DNA of 64,000 nucleotides. Origin: Kiritimatiellia bacterium (GTDB lineage: Bacteria > Verrucomicrobiota > Kiritimatiellia > RFP12 > JAAYLN01). Location of the stretch: the NCBI GenBank assembly GCA_017509565.1, contig JAFWPM010000115.1, positions 8,401-72,400 of the forward strand. Direction: 5' to 3'. The translations under genes were made by a program, and so were the position numbers. The number at the start of each line of letters is the position of its first letter. Positions within the stretch are counted from its first letter, which is position 1. The notes below the pieces were generated by a model. It did not search any database, was not told the DNA's origin, and worked only from the letters and a program-made list of their open reading frames with translations. Positions 37,326 through 45,948 of the stretch are shown piece after piece.

Positions 37326-38645
37326 TCACCTTAAATAGACAAGCGGCACTATACAAATGTCTTCAACGTCGCCAGCATGCGCGGCTTCGGGGCTTGTTGA
37401 TACATCTATGGCTTCTGCAAGGTATAATTCGAGGCTTTCCCCCAAGCATGGACCAGCACAAGCATCGAAAATTATTCCGTTGCATAAGGCAAAAGCATGA
37501 TTGCCAAAGGGAACGCGTAATGGCAAGATTAAGTCTGGATCTACATTTGGGCTGGTGCCATTGCTCATGTAGAATGGATTATTACACAACCCTACGCCCA
37601 CTAAGTTTAACGAGTTTATATACCCAAATGGCGTCATATACAAAAAATACGCTTCAAGCCCTAATGCTGTCGCAAGTGAAACAACTCCGCTTGCTTGATC
37701 ATAACAATTGACGACACTTCCACTTGTTTTTCCAATGTATTCCGATAAGGAAAAGACAGCAGCAGCTGTTGCCGTATAATATAATGGACTGCCGCTTGTG
37801 GTATCATATGTTAACCCATGCCCACTATGCAAATATTGGGTGATTTCCTTCATGGAATTGAAGTCGTTTTTACCAGAGCACCCAGCTGTTTCTATAGCGA
37901 ATGACAAAGCACTGACCCAAGGGTTCTGTGAACTGTTTGCCGTCTGAGTCCATGGCGCTTTGGGATAATCCCAGAGCGTATAAATCACATGGCCGGAAGT
38001 ATGGTCACTAACAAGCCCAAGGGACGACACGTTTAGGCCATCAACTTCACTAAAGCCCCACGTCCATGAATCAACGGATTTGAAAACCGTTGAAGGCGTT
38101 TGCCCCGCTAGTTCAAATTCAACAAATTCGCTGTTTCCTCCTGTAGGCGATGTGCTTTGCGAAACACCGCTAGCAAATGCGACAGACCTTTCCAGAGCAT
38201 CACCCAACGAGCCATTGTCATCATCAGACAGTCCATATATTTTCGCCGAAGATATGGATGACGGGGCTATCGAGAATGAGACCTTGATTTTGGCTACAGT
38301 ATTTCTGATATAGGCAACCGGGTAATTCGACATATCCCTGACATATTCCGGAAGTGGCAAATTTTCGTCATATGCCATCCTTATGTTCAGGGCATCATCA
38401 ATTGCGGAGTCTTGTTTGTAGTTGAACCATATTTTTCTGACTTCAATTTTTACCGCAGTCAACTTCACCTTATCGGAACATTTGAAAATGTCTTTGTTTT
38501 CGCCATCAACATTCTCGTCATATTCAAGGTTCAGCTCGATATCGCGCATTGCGGCGCTTGGAGCGACGCCCTCGACGTAGAGAGTCCCTGGCATCGCCGA
38601 CACCGTGTCCCACGTCTTCGGCAACGTTACTTCATGCGTCCTGCC
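37326..38645 (-). CDS. hypothetical protein, about 440 aa, Cys/His-rich C-terminal region (AT-rich island)
   Basis: Long ORF with AT-rich codon usage. The first ~40 codons lie in GC-rich DNA. Motifs include AGCSGKNDF...YLHSGHG...CNGIIFDACAGPC (possibly peptidase-like, unassigned). The start is uncertain (MGRTHEVT or downstream). Confidence 0.45.
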   Translation of the reverse strand, partial: GRTHEVTLPKTWDTVSAMPGTLYVEGVAPSAAMRDIELNLEYDENVDGENKDIFKCSDKVKLTAVKIEVRKIWFNYKQDSAIDDALNIRMAYDENLPLPEYVRDMSNYPVAYIRNTVAKIKVSFSIAPSSISSAKIYGLSDDDNGSLGDALERSVAFASGVSQSTSPTGGNSEFVEFELAGQTPSTVFKSVDSWTWGFSEVDGLNVSSLGLVSDHTSGHVIYTLWDYPKAPWTQTANSSQNPWVSALSFAIETAGCSGKNDFNSMKEITQYLHSGHGLTYDTTSGSPLYYTATAAAVFSLSEYIGKTSGSVVNCYDQASGVVSLATALGLEAYFLYMTPFGYINSLNLVGVGLCNNPFYMSNGTSPNVDPDLILPLRVPFGNHAFALCNGIIFDACAGPCLGESLELYLAEAIDVSTSPEAAHAGDVEDICIVPLVYLR

Positions 38646-38825
38646 CATGTCCGCCCAGACCTTTATCCGCGAGCCGCCGATTAAGGGGCCGCGGCGTCTG
38701 CCATGCCGGCAGGCGCCGCAAGAGCGACAAACCAATGTTTGAAAGCAGTCATGCGCGAGACTCCCTCCGCAGGGTTTTCAGTCGCCGCCTATTCTACCAG
38801 AACAAAGCCCGCCATGCAAGGGGAC

Positions 38826-38895
38826 GGAGGTTGTCAGGACAGGATTAACAGGATGGACAGGATTCTAGAGACCACAATCTTGTTAATCCTGTCAA
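38826..38895. repeat. array of GACAGGATT-type motifs (right flank of the AT-rich island)
   Basis: TGTCAGGACAGGATTAACAGGATGGACAGGATTCTAGAGACCACAATCTTGTTAATCCTGTCAAAAAAA. A 12-bp perfect inverted repeat GACAGGATTAAC / GTTAATCCTGTC. It ends AATCCTGTCAAA like the left flank. Confidence 0.55.
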
Positions 38896-39056
38896 AAAAA
38901 GGCGACATTTGACATTCGACAGCCGACAACCCAGCCGACATTCGACCTTCCGGCCTTTAAACCTTTGACGGGTCGTTCTTAACGAAACCCTGCACGTTCC
39001 ACGCGGTTGGGATTTGCGGCATCGCCATGCCCGCTACGCACCGGTGGCTTGGACCG

Positions 39057-39674
39057 CTAATATCCCAAATCCTCGTCCACCAGCACAACAAGCATCGGCG
39101 TCGGCCTGGGCCGCCTGTCAAGGACAACAGTCACATTGCAAATCCTGTCCGGCGACGAGCAGTCAGCGCATTCGCCCGTCGCGGCGCAGGGGGTCTTCCT
39201 GCCAAGCCTGCGGCAGTTCGGGGGGCAGGCCTCACGCTTTATGCGCGCGATGGCCTCTTCAACGCCCCCTTCGACAATCTTGTTGCGCCCGACGACGAAC
39301 ACCACTCGCCTCGGCCCGAATATCGAAGCGGCCACGCGGTTCCCGTTGCCGTCGATGTTCACAATCACCCCGTCCGCCGTGAGCGCGTTCGCGCTCAGCA
39401 AAAACAGGTCGCAGCCAAGTTCGCCTCGCATCGTCTCGAGCTTGCGCTCCGCCGGGAGCTCGGGGTCGCCGTGCCAGAACAACGTCTTGCCGGCCGCGCG
39501 GGCCATGGCCTGTATGCCCAGCCCGCCTATAGTCATGGAGCCTCCGAAGCCCACGCTTCCGGCCTTGGCGAGCTCCTGCCTCACGGCGTCGGCCGCTTCG
39601 GCCGATGTCCGGCACACCCGCGTTTCGAAACCGCGCCTGGCCAGCGCCGCCGCCACATCATTCAGCCGCGCCAT
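39057..39674 (-). CDS. LUD-domain protein (LutC/YkgG-like)
   Basis: GFGGSMTIGGLGI ... LLSANALTADGVIVNIDGNGNRV fits the LUD (DUF162) fold signature. The start is chosen at MARLNDV. Confidence 0.55.
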   Translation of the reverse strand: MARLNDVAAALARRGFETRVCRTSAEAADAVRQELAKAGSVGFGGSMTIGGLGIQAMARAAGKTLFWHGDPELPAERKLETMRGELGCDLFLLSANALTADGVIVNIDGNGNRVAASIFGPRRVVFVVGRNKIVEGGVEEAIARIKREACPPNCRRLGRKTPCAATGECADCSSPDRICNVTVVLDRRPRPTPMLVVLVDEDLGY

Positions 39675-40059
39675 CGCCCGCCTCCATGTCGCCGTCGCCG
39701 GGGATTTCGCCCGCATCCTCCATCTTCGAGAGTATGTCGAGGACATGGTCGCCCCTTTCAAGCGACTCGTCAAGCGTAAAATTCAAAACCGGCGTGTATT
39801 TCATGCGGATGTCGCGATTCACCAGCCGCTGGAACTCCTGCCTGCGGGCCTTGACCTGCGAGAGAATGTGCGCCCGGTCCTTCGCCGGGCTGAATACCGA
39901 TATCGCCACATTGGCGTTCCTCAGGTTGCTGGCCACGCTCACGCGCGTCACCGTTATCGCCGCGACATTGACCCCCGAGCCGGCCATTACCACCGGCACG
40001 GCCTCCGCGATTTCCCTGCGTATCAGGCTGTTGAGCCTCTCGATTCTGTCCACTGCCAT
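39658..40059 (-). CDS. rbfA: ribosome-binding factor A
   Basis: MAVDRIERLNSLIRREIAEAV....ITVTRVSVASNLRNANVAISVF is the RbfA KH-domain signature. About 133 aa from MAVDR. Confidence 0.75.
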   Translation of the reverse strand: MAVDRIERLNSLIRREIAEAVPVVMAGSGVNVAAITVTRVSVASNLRNANVAISVFSPAKDRAHILSQVKARRQEFQRLVNRDIRMKYTPVLNFTLDESLERGDHVLDILSKMEDAGEIPGDGDMEAGDGAAE

Positions 40060-40157
40060 TGTTTTCCTCCTAATCTTGCTTTCCTTGCATAGTAGTATAC
40101 CAAAAGAGCAAGTGGCGGGCGACGGCGCAGTTGTAATTTCGCCCCATTTCCCCCTCC

Positions 40158-40170
40158 TTTTGCTATAATA
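40158..40170 (+). promoter_or_regulatory. extended -10 promoter TTTGCTATAAT upstream of the FHA gene
   Basis: TTTTGCTATAATATTGG lies 24 nt before ATG 40194. An AAAGGA ribosome-binding site follows. Confidence 0.45.
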
Positions 40171-40193
40171 TTGGCGAAAGGACGCATGAAGTA

Positions 40194-41492
40194 ATGGAAG
40201 AGACAAGGATGCCGTATCTTGAGGTGACCGCCGGGCCGGACACGGGCAGGCGCTTCGCCCTGCCGGAAGGCGTCACCACAATAGGGCGGTCGAGCGAGTG
40301 CGGGATCGTCCTGAAGGACCCGCTTCTTTCCCGCCGCCACTGCAACGTCACGCGCCACGGCGACGAGATTTCCATTTCAGACCTCGACAGCGCAAACGGC
40401 ACCTTCGTCAACGGCAAGGAGACGAAGACCGCGACACTGGGGGATGGCGCGGAAATATCGATTGGCGACAGCGCCATCAGGCTGGCGGCCATGGCGGAGG
40501 CGCCGTCGGCGGCCGCCGACGGGGCGCCCATTGTAGACCTGGGGCTTGGGACCGGCGGCGGCGACGCCCCCGAAGCGGCGCGTCCGAACTGGCGGCCACT
40601 GCTCTGGGCCGTGGCGGCCGTGGCGGTCGTGGCCACTGCGGCATCGTTCATCCTCCGCGGCGGAACCGGGCCCGAAGAACCCGTAATCACCCAGCCGGCG
40701 GCACCCGACCTCCTCCCGCTCCAGATTGCCTATGAAAAGGTCGAGGCCGACGCCGAAAACATTTTCCGCTACAACATGGAGCTGTCCCCCGACGGGCTTC
40801 TCTCCATCGAAATCGACGACCTTGCCGAAGGCAGGCACGTCAGGAAGGAGGCGCAGATCGCCGAGGAGGGGATCCGGCGCCTCGCCCGCCAGCTGGAGAG
40901 GGCCGGGATGTTCTCGATTGAGACGCCGGCGGCCGGCATTTCCCCAAATGGCGGCCTGACGCGCATGTGCGTCTCCATAGTCGCCGGCCGGCGCGTGGCC
41001 TGCGCCACCGCCGAGAACCGCGCCCCGCAGCCGGCCTTCTCCGCAGTATGCGACACCCTTGAGACATTTGGCAGGAACGAGCTGGGCATCTGGGCCATGC
41101 AGTATCCCACTGAAAAGCTCGTCGAACTCGCGCAGGAGGCCTTTACGCGGGCGCGCAACCTCTTCGACCAGCGGGGGATCGCGCACGGCAACCTCTATCT
41201 GGCCACCAAGTCATGCCAGGAGGCGATGTTCTACCTTGAGACCGTTGAGCCAAAGCCTGCCTTCTTCGCGGAGATGCTGGAGACGATGCAGGAGGCCGGG
41301 GAGGAGCTCTCGCGCCGCTACGGCGAGCAGCGTTTCAGGGCCGACCGCGCAATCAACCTGCGCGAATGGCAGGCCGCCGCGGAGGAACTCAGGATTCTCA
41401 GGGAGCTGATTCCTGACGAGGACGACCAGCGCAATGCCGACGCGACACGCAAGCTCCTCGATGTCGAGAACCGCCTGAAGAGGAAAAAGTAG
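40194..41492 (+). CDS. FHA-domain membrane protein (FHA, then TM, then extracytoplasmic domain of unknown function)
   Basis: The N-terminal ~100 aa (GRSSECGIVLKDPLLSRRHCNV...ISDLDSANGTFVNG) match the FHA pattern. TM segment LLWAVAAVAVVATAASFIL. Confidence 0.75.
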   Translation: MEETRMPYLEVTAGPDTGRRFALPEGVTTIGRSSECGIVLKDPLLSRRHCNVTRHGDEISISDLDSANGTFVNGKETKTATLGDGAEISIGDSAIRLAAMAEAPSAAADGAPIVDLGLGTGGGDAPEAARPNWRPLLWAVAAVAVVATAASFILRGGTGPEEPVITQPAAPDLLPLQIAYEKVEADAENIFRYNMELSPDGLLSIEIDDLAEGRHVRKEAQIAEEGIRRLARQLERAGMFSIETPAAGISPNGGLTRMCVSIVAGRRVACATAENRAPQPAFSAVCDTLETFGRNELGIWAMQYPTEKLVELAQEAFTRARNLFDQRGIAHGNLYLATKSCQEAMFYLETVEPKPAFFAEMLETMQEAGEELSRRYGEQRFRADRAINLREWQAAAEELRILRELIPDEDDQRNADATRKLLDVENRLKRKK

Positions 41493-41512
41493 CGCCACAT
41501 GGCGCATGGAGG

Positions 41513-42907
41513 ATGGATACGATGCCTATTCGAAACGTTTCACCGGCGATGGCCGCGGCCGCGCGGACGATGGCGGTTGCGGCACTTGCCCTGGCCGCCG
41601 GCCCGTCATGGGCCACAAGGCAGGCGGAACCGGCGCTGCCGCCATGCAGGGTTTCCGTCGAGGTTGAGCCGCGGGAGGCGCAGGTCGCGATTGACCGCCG
41701 GCCGTTGGCCGAATTTCCGGGATACGCCTCCGACGGGCAGGGGCGGTTTGAAGTCAGGCTCCCGCCCGGGGACCACTTCGCCGAGATTTCCGCGCCTGGC
41801 TTTGACACGGCGGTTGTCCCGCTGCCGATCCGCGAAGGTGACGGGAACGCCATACTGGCCAGGTCCCTCGAAAAGACCACAGGCCTGGCGCTTCTCCGCA
41901 GCGACCCGCCTGGCGCGACGATCCAGATTGGCGGCGTTTCGTATGGCACTGCGCCGAAACTCATCCGCGACCTCCCGCTCGGCACCTGGCAGGCGACTTT
42001 CGCCCTGCCGGGCTACAAGGAGACGACGATCCAGTTCACGCTCAAGGACAGGACGCCCGTCGCGGCCGACGCCAGCCTGACATCGGACACCGCGACGCTT
42101 GTGATTTCCGCAAGCGTCCCCGGCGCGGAAATCCGCGTGAACGGGGTGGCGCGCGGCAAGGCGCCATGCCGTGTCGAGCGCATCCCCGCCGGCGACATCA
42201 TAGTCGAGGCCTCCGCCCCCGGATACAAGGACTTCCTCCAGCTCGGGAAGGTCGGCGAGGGCGAAACCGCCACGATAGAGGCGCGCATGGAGGAACTCCC
42301 CGCGACTCTGTCGGTGTACTCCCTGCCCGATGGCGCGCGCGTCTACGTGGACGACAACTTCAGGGGCGAGACGCCGCTTGACATCGATGGCCTGGCCCCG
42401 GGCGACCACCGCGTCCGCGTCGAGCGCCCCGGATTCGACCCAATGGCAAGGACGGTTTCGCTCACGCGCGGGAACTCGGCGGCCGAGGAGTTCCGGCTCA
42501 AGGCCAACACGGGGAGGCTTTCCATCACTTCGGTCCCTGCCGGAGTCGCGGTCTATGTCGATGGCGTGAAGCTCGGCGAGACCCCGCCATCGGAGGTCAA
42601 GGACCTTTCGGGCGCACTTGAACTCGACGGCATCGCGGCTGGGACGCGCAGCCTGAAATTCGACAAGCCCGGCTACTATGGCAAAAGCGTGGAGTGCGCA
42701 GTAAGACGAGGCGAAACCACGCTCCAGCGCATTGAGCTCCAGAGGCGCTTCATCCCCGACTACGAAGTCGTGACAGAAACGGGGCCGCACAGGGGCGTCC
42801 TGGTGTCCGTCACAGCGGAAGCGGTGCGCATCGAGACGCGGCCCGGAATAGTGAACGCATACCAGATGGACAAGGTGGTGTCGCACGGCCCCCTGAAGGA
42901 GGAGTGA
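41513..42907 (+). CDS. secreted PEGA-domain repeat protein
   Basis: Signal peptide. About five repeats of the PEGA pattern (PGATIQIGGVSYGTAP; PGAEIRVNGVARGKAP; DGARVYVDDNFRGETP; AGVAVYVDGVKLGETP). Confidence 0.75.
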   Translation: MDTMPIRNVSPAMAAAARTMAVAALALAAGPSWATRQAEPALPPCRVSVEVEPREAQVAIDRRPLAEFPGYASDGQGRFEVRLPPGDHFAEISAPGFDTAVVPLPIREGDGNAILARSLEKTTGLALLRSDPPGATIQIGGVSYGTAPKLIRDLPLGTWQATFALPGYKETTIQFTLKDRTPVAADASLTSDTATLVISASVPGAEIRVNGVARGKAPCRVERIPAGDIIVEASAPGYKDFLQLGKVGEGETATIEARMEELPATLSVYSLPDGARVYVDDNFRGETPLDIDGLAPGDHRVRVERPGFDPMARTVSLTRGNSAAEEFRLKANTGRLSITSVPAGVAVYVDGVKLGETPPSEVKDLSGALELDGIAAGTRSLKFDKPGYYGKSVECAVRRGETTLQRIELQRRFIPDYEVVTETGPHRGVLVSVTAEAVRIETRPGIVNAYQMDKVVSHGPLKEE

Positions 42908-42916
42908 GCCCGCCGG

Positions 42917-43815
42917 CTATATGGCGAGCATCCGGTCGATCGGGGCGCGCGCGAGGCGGATGGTTTCGGCGTCGAGCTCTATGCGCGGCGCCATGTCCCG
43001 CAGGGAGTCGCGGAGATTCTCAAGGGTGAGCTTTTTCATGTTCGGGCAGCGCAGCGGCGGCTCCACCGGGAAGAACTCCTTGCCGGGATTCTCCCTGCGG
43101 AGGCGGTGGAGTATTCCCTCCTCGGTCGCGACGATGAAGGACTTGGCGTCCGACTCCCGCGCGTATTTGAGCATTCCGCCCGTGGACAGCGCGACGTCGG
43201 CGGCCTCGACTGTGGCGACGGGGCACTCCGGGTGAATCATGACGACCGCGCCGGGGTGGGCGGCGCGGGCCTTTTCTATCCGCGCCGGGTCAAGGGCGTT
43301 GTGCGTCGGGCAGCACCCCTGCCAGAGGAGCATCCTGCGCCCGAGCTTCCTTGAAAGGTTGGCGCCGAGGTTGGCGTCCGGGAGGAACATGATCTCCCTG
43401 TCCGCCGGTATCGAGGCGATGACGCGCTCGGCGTTGCCGGAAGTGCAGCAGATGTCAACCGCGGTCTTCGTTGCCGCCGTGGTGTTGACGTAGGCGACCA
43501 TGACCACGCCCGGATGGCCGGCGCGCCAGGCCCTGACAGCCCCGGCGTCGGCCATGTCCGCCATTGGGCAGCCGGCATTCGGCGCCGGGTGGAGCACGAT
43601 GGCGCCGGGCGAAAGGATCTTCGCGGTCTCCGCCATGAAGCGGACTCCGCAGAAGGCGATCACCGGGGCGCGGCATTCCGCGGCCTTGCGCGACAGTTCT
43701 AGCGAGTCGCCGGTGAAGTCGGCGATGTCCTGGACTTCGCCGCGGGTGTAGTTGTGGGCGAGGATTACCGCTTTGCGCTCGGCTTTGAGCGCGAGGATTT
43801 CTTCTTCAAGTGTCA
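42917..43815 (-). CDS. nadA: quinolinate synthase
   Basis: From MTLEEEILALKAERKAVILAHNY...MAET...IHPECP..., which are the NadA motifs. The annotated 491-aa ORF has a false Arg/Pro-rich N-terminal extension. Confidence 0.85.
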
Positions 43816-43941
43816 TGGCGTCGTGTTGTTGGCTGGAGGCGGCAGGCCCGCGCCCGCGCCAACGCGGGCGGTGGATTTCCGCGGGCTTCCGCGCGTTACG
43901 TGGTTGAAGCTGCTGACGTGGGTGGGCATGGGGGCCGGCGG

Positions 43942-44469
43942 CTAGGCGAGGAAGGCGGCGAGGCCGGCGGCGAGCATCAGCGCGCCGATGGCGCGCGCGG
44001 CGTTGTTCCCCGCCCCGCCGAAGCGGAAAAGGGCGTCGCGCATGTAGTAGGGTGAAAAGGTCGAGACCATCCCGGCCACGGCCACGGCGTACATCAGGGA
44101 TACGGTGACGAGGCGCCCGGCCCCCGGCGCGAAGCGCACCGCGGCCAGAACCGGGGCCGGGGCCAGGCACATCAGGGCGCCCAGCGACCGCGCCGCGAGA
44201 AGCGTCCGCATCCACATCCACGAAAGCGGTATCGACACCAGCAGGAACGCAGTCAGGTGGATTCGGAATTTCGAGATGAAATCGAGAGGGGTGTAGTAGA
44301 TAAGCGCGGCGGCCCAGAGGAGGGCCAGCGTGGAAAGCAGCATTCCGGCGGGCCGGCAATCGGGGAAGCCCCTTGCCGCCCGGCGCGCGCACCCGGGAAG
44401 GGCGAGCGCGAAGAGGCCCGGAATGGCGAAGATGCAGGCCGTCGCGAGTTTTGCAGTGTGTTCAGTCAT
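43942..44469 (-). CDS. hypothetical polytopic membrane protein
   Basis: 175 aa, about 5-6 hydrophobic segments, no recognisable motif. It overlaps the miaB stop by 4 nt. Confidence 0.45.
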   Translation of the reverse strand: MTEHTAKLATACIFAIPGLFALALPGCARRAARGFPDCRPAGMLLSTLALLWAAALIYYTPLDFISKFRIHLTAFLLVSIPLSWMWMRTLLAARSLGALMCLAPAPVLAAVRFAPGAGRLVTVSLMYAVAVAGMVSTFSPYYMRDALFRFGGAGNNAARAIGALMLAAGLAAFLA

Positions 44470-45848
44470 TTTTGCTCCTTGCCAATTGCCGCAGCGCGGC
44501 CGGTGATTGCAGCGTCCTCCCCGAAGAGGGTCTGCGGGTTCGCGCGGACGATCCTAACCCGCACCAGGTCGCCAGGCCTGACGCCTTCGGGCGGGTCGAA
44601 AACGGCGATCTTGTTCTGGCTCGTCCGGCCAGACCAGCGTGACTTGTTGCGGAGCGACGGCCCCTCGGCCATCACCTCCGTTTCCCGTCCGACCCACTCC
44701 CCGCCGTTGCCGAGGCCCAGTTCGTCCTGGTCGGCGAGCAGGACCTTGTTGCGCCGGTCCTTCTCTTCCGGCGTGACATCGTCCACTAGGGCCGCGGACG
44801 GTGTTCCCGGCCTCGGCGAGTACTTGAAGATGAAGGAGTTGTCGAAGCGCGCCGCGCGCATCAGCCGGCGCGTTGCCTCGAAATCGTCCTCGGTCTCGCC
44901 GGGGTAGCCGACAATTATGTCGGTTGTAATCGAAATGTCCGGGACGGCGCCGCGGAGGCGCTCCAGCGCGGCGAGGTATTCGCCTGACGTGTAGCCGCGG
45001 CGCATTTCGCGGAGAATCCGGTCGGAGCCGGACTGCACGGGCAGGTGCAGGTGCCGGCAGGCCTGCGGGAGGTCCCTGAAGGCGCGCGCCAGTTCGGCGG
45101 TGCATCCAGACGGGTGCCCGGAGGTGAATCGTATGCGCCGCAGCCCCGGGATTGCGGCAAGCGCCTCAAGCAGCCGCGGGAAAGGCTCGGTGAAGCCCAT
45201 CGGCGATGGCGCCGCGCCGGCCCACACGTCTTCCCCCTGCCGCCCGTAGCGCAGGACGCTCTGCCCGAGCAGGGTGATTTCCCTGACGCCGGAGGCGACC
45301 AGGGCCTTCGCCTCGGCAATCACCTCGGCCGCCGGGCGGCTGTGTTCCGGCCCCCTTACATCCGGGACTATGCAGTACGAGCAGCGGCGGTTGCAGCCCA
45401 GCAGGACGGTGACGAACGCGGCTATGCCCGAAGGCAGGTGGCCGTGCGGGACGTCGAAGTCGGAAAGCTCCCCCGGGAACCAGACCTGCGTCGCGCCGGC
45501 GGCGATTTCGCCGACAATTGACGGGATGTGGCGCGCCGCGCGCGAACCGACGGCGAAGTCGAGCTGCGGGATCCGGCGGAAGAGCGACTCCGCCATCCTC
45601 TGGGCCATGCACCCCATGACGCCGACGACGCGCGACGGCCTCTCGCGCTTCGACTTGCAGAGGAGCCCAAGCTTGCCAAGGGCCTTGTCCTCGGCCTTTT
45701 CGCGCACCGAGCACGTGTTGACGACCACCAGGTCGGCGGAGTCCTCGTCGGGCGCGCGGGCGTATCCCGCGCGGACAAGTTCGGCCGCGACGGCCTCTGA
45801 GTCGCGGACATTCATCTGGCATCCGTATGTGTGGATGAAAAAAGTCAT
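44466..45848 (-). CDS. miaB: tRNA (N6-isopentenyladenosine) methylthiotransferase
   Basis: FFIHTYGCQMNVRDSE...VNTCSVRE. Radical-SAM CxxxCxxC (CNRRCSYC). C-terminal TRAM domain (GDLVRVRIVRANPQTLFGE). Confidence 0.85.
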   Translation of the reverse strand: MTFFIHTYGCQMNVRDSEAVAAELVRAGYARAPDEDSADLVVVNTCSVREKAEDKALGKLGLLCKSKRERPSRVVGVMGCMAQRMAESLFRRIPQLDFAVGSRAARHIPSIVGEIAAGATQVWFPGELSDFDVPHGHLPSGIAAFVTVLLGCNRRCSYCIVPDVRGPEHSRPAAEVIAEAKALVASGVREITLLGQSVLRYGRQGEDVWAGAAPSPMGFTEPFPRLLEALAAIPGLRRIRFTSGHPSGCTAELARAFRDLPQACRHLHLPVQSGSDRILREMRRGYTSGEYLAALERLRGAVPDISITTDIIVGYPGETEDDFEATRRLMRAARFDNSFIFKYSPRPGTPSAALVDDVTPEEKDRRNKVLLADQDELGLGNGGEWVGRETEVMAEGPSLRNKSRWSGRTSQNKIAVFDPPEGVRPGDLVRVRIVRANPQTLFGEDAAITGRAAAIGKEQK

Positions 45849-45857
45849 GACACTAGC

Positions 45858-45902
45858 ATTATACCAAAGTTGCGGACGAAAGCGCGCCCGACTTTGCTAT
45901 AA
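45858..45902. promoter_or_regulatory. divergent extended -10 promoters: TTTGGTATAAT on the minus strand (miaB) and TTTGCTATAAT on the plus strand (argG)
   Basis: Minus-strand box TTTGGTATAAT is at 45858-45868, 9 nt before the miaB ATG. Plus-strand box TTTGCTATAAT is at 45892-45902, about 46 nt before the argG ATG. Confidence 0.45.
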
Positions 45903-45948
45903 TAATTGCCATCATTTTAACCATAAGGATGGTCATATCATGGCACTG

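Noticed and set aside
38838-38895. Rho-independent terminator (12-bp perfect stem followed by A7)
   Set aside because: The A-run follows the stem on the plus strand, and on the minus strand the T-run precedes the stem, so neither orientation is a canonical terminator. It is interpreted as part of the repeat array.
39135-39150. Extra AATCCTGTCC motif inside the LUD gene as another element copy
   Set aside because: It is a single short match without the rest of the array, and is likely chance.
42917-44392. 491-aa ORF annotation for nadA
   Set aside because: The N-terminal ~190 aa are Arg/Pro-rich with no homology. NadA motifs start at MTLEEEILALK (43815), and that start was used.
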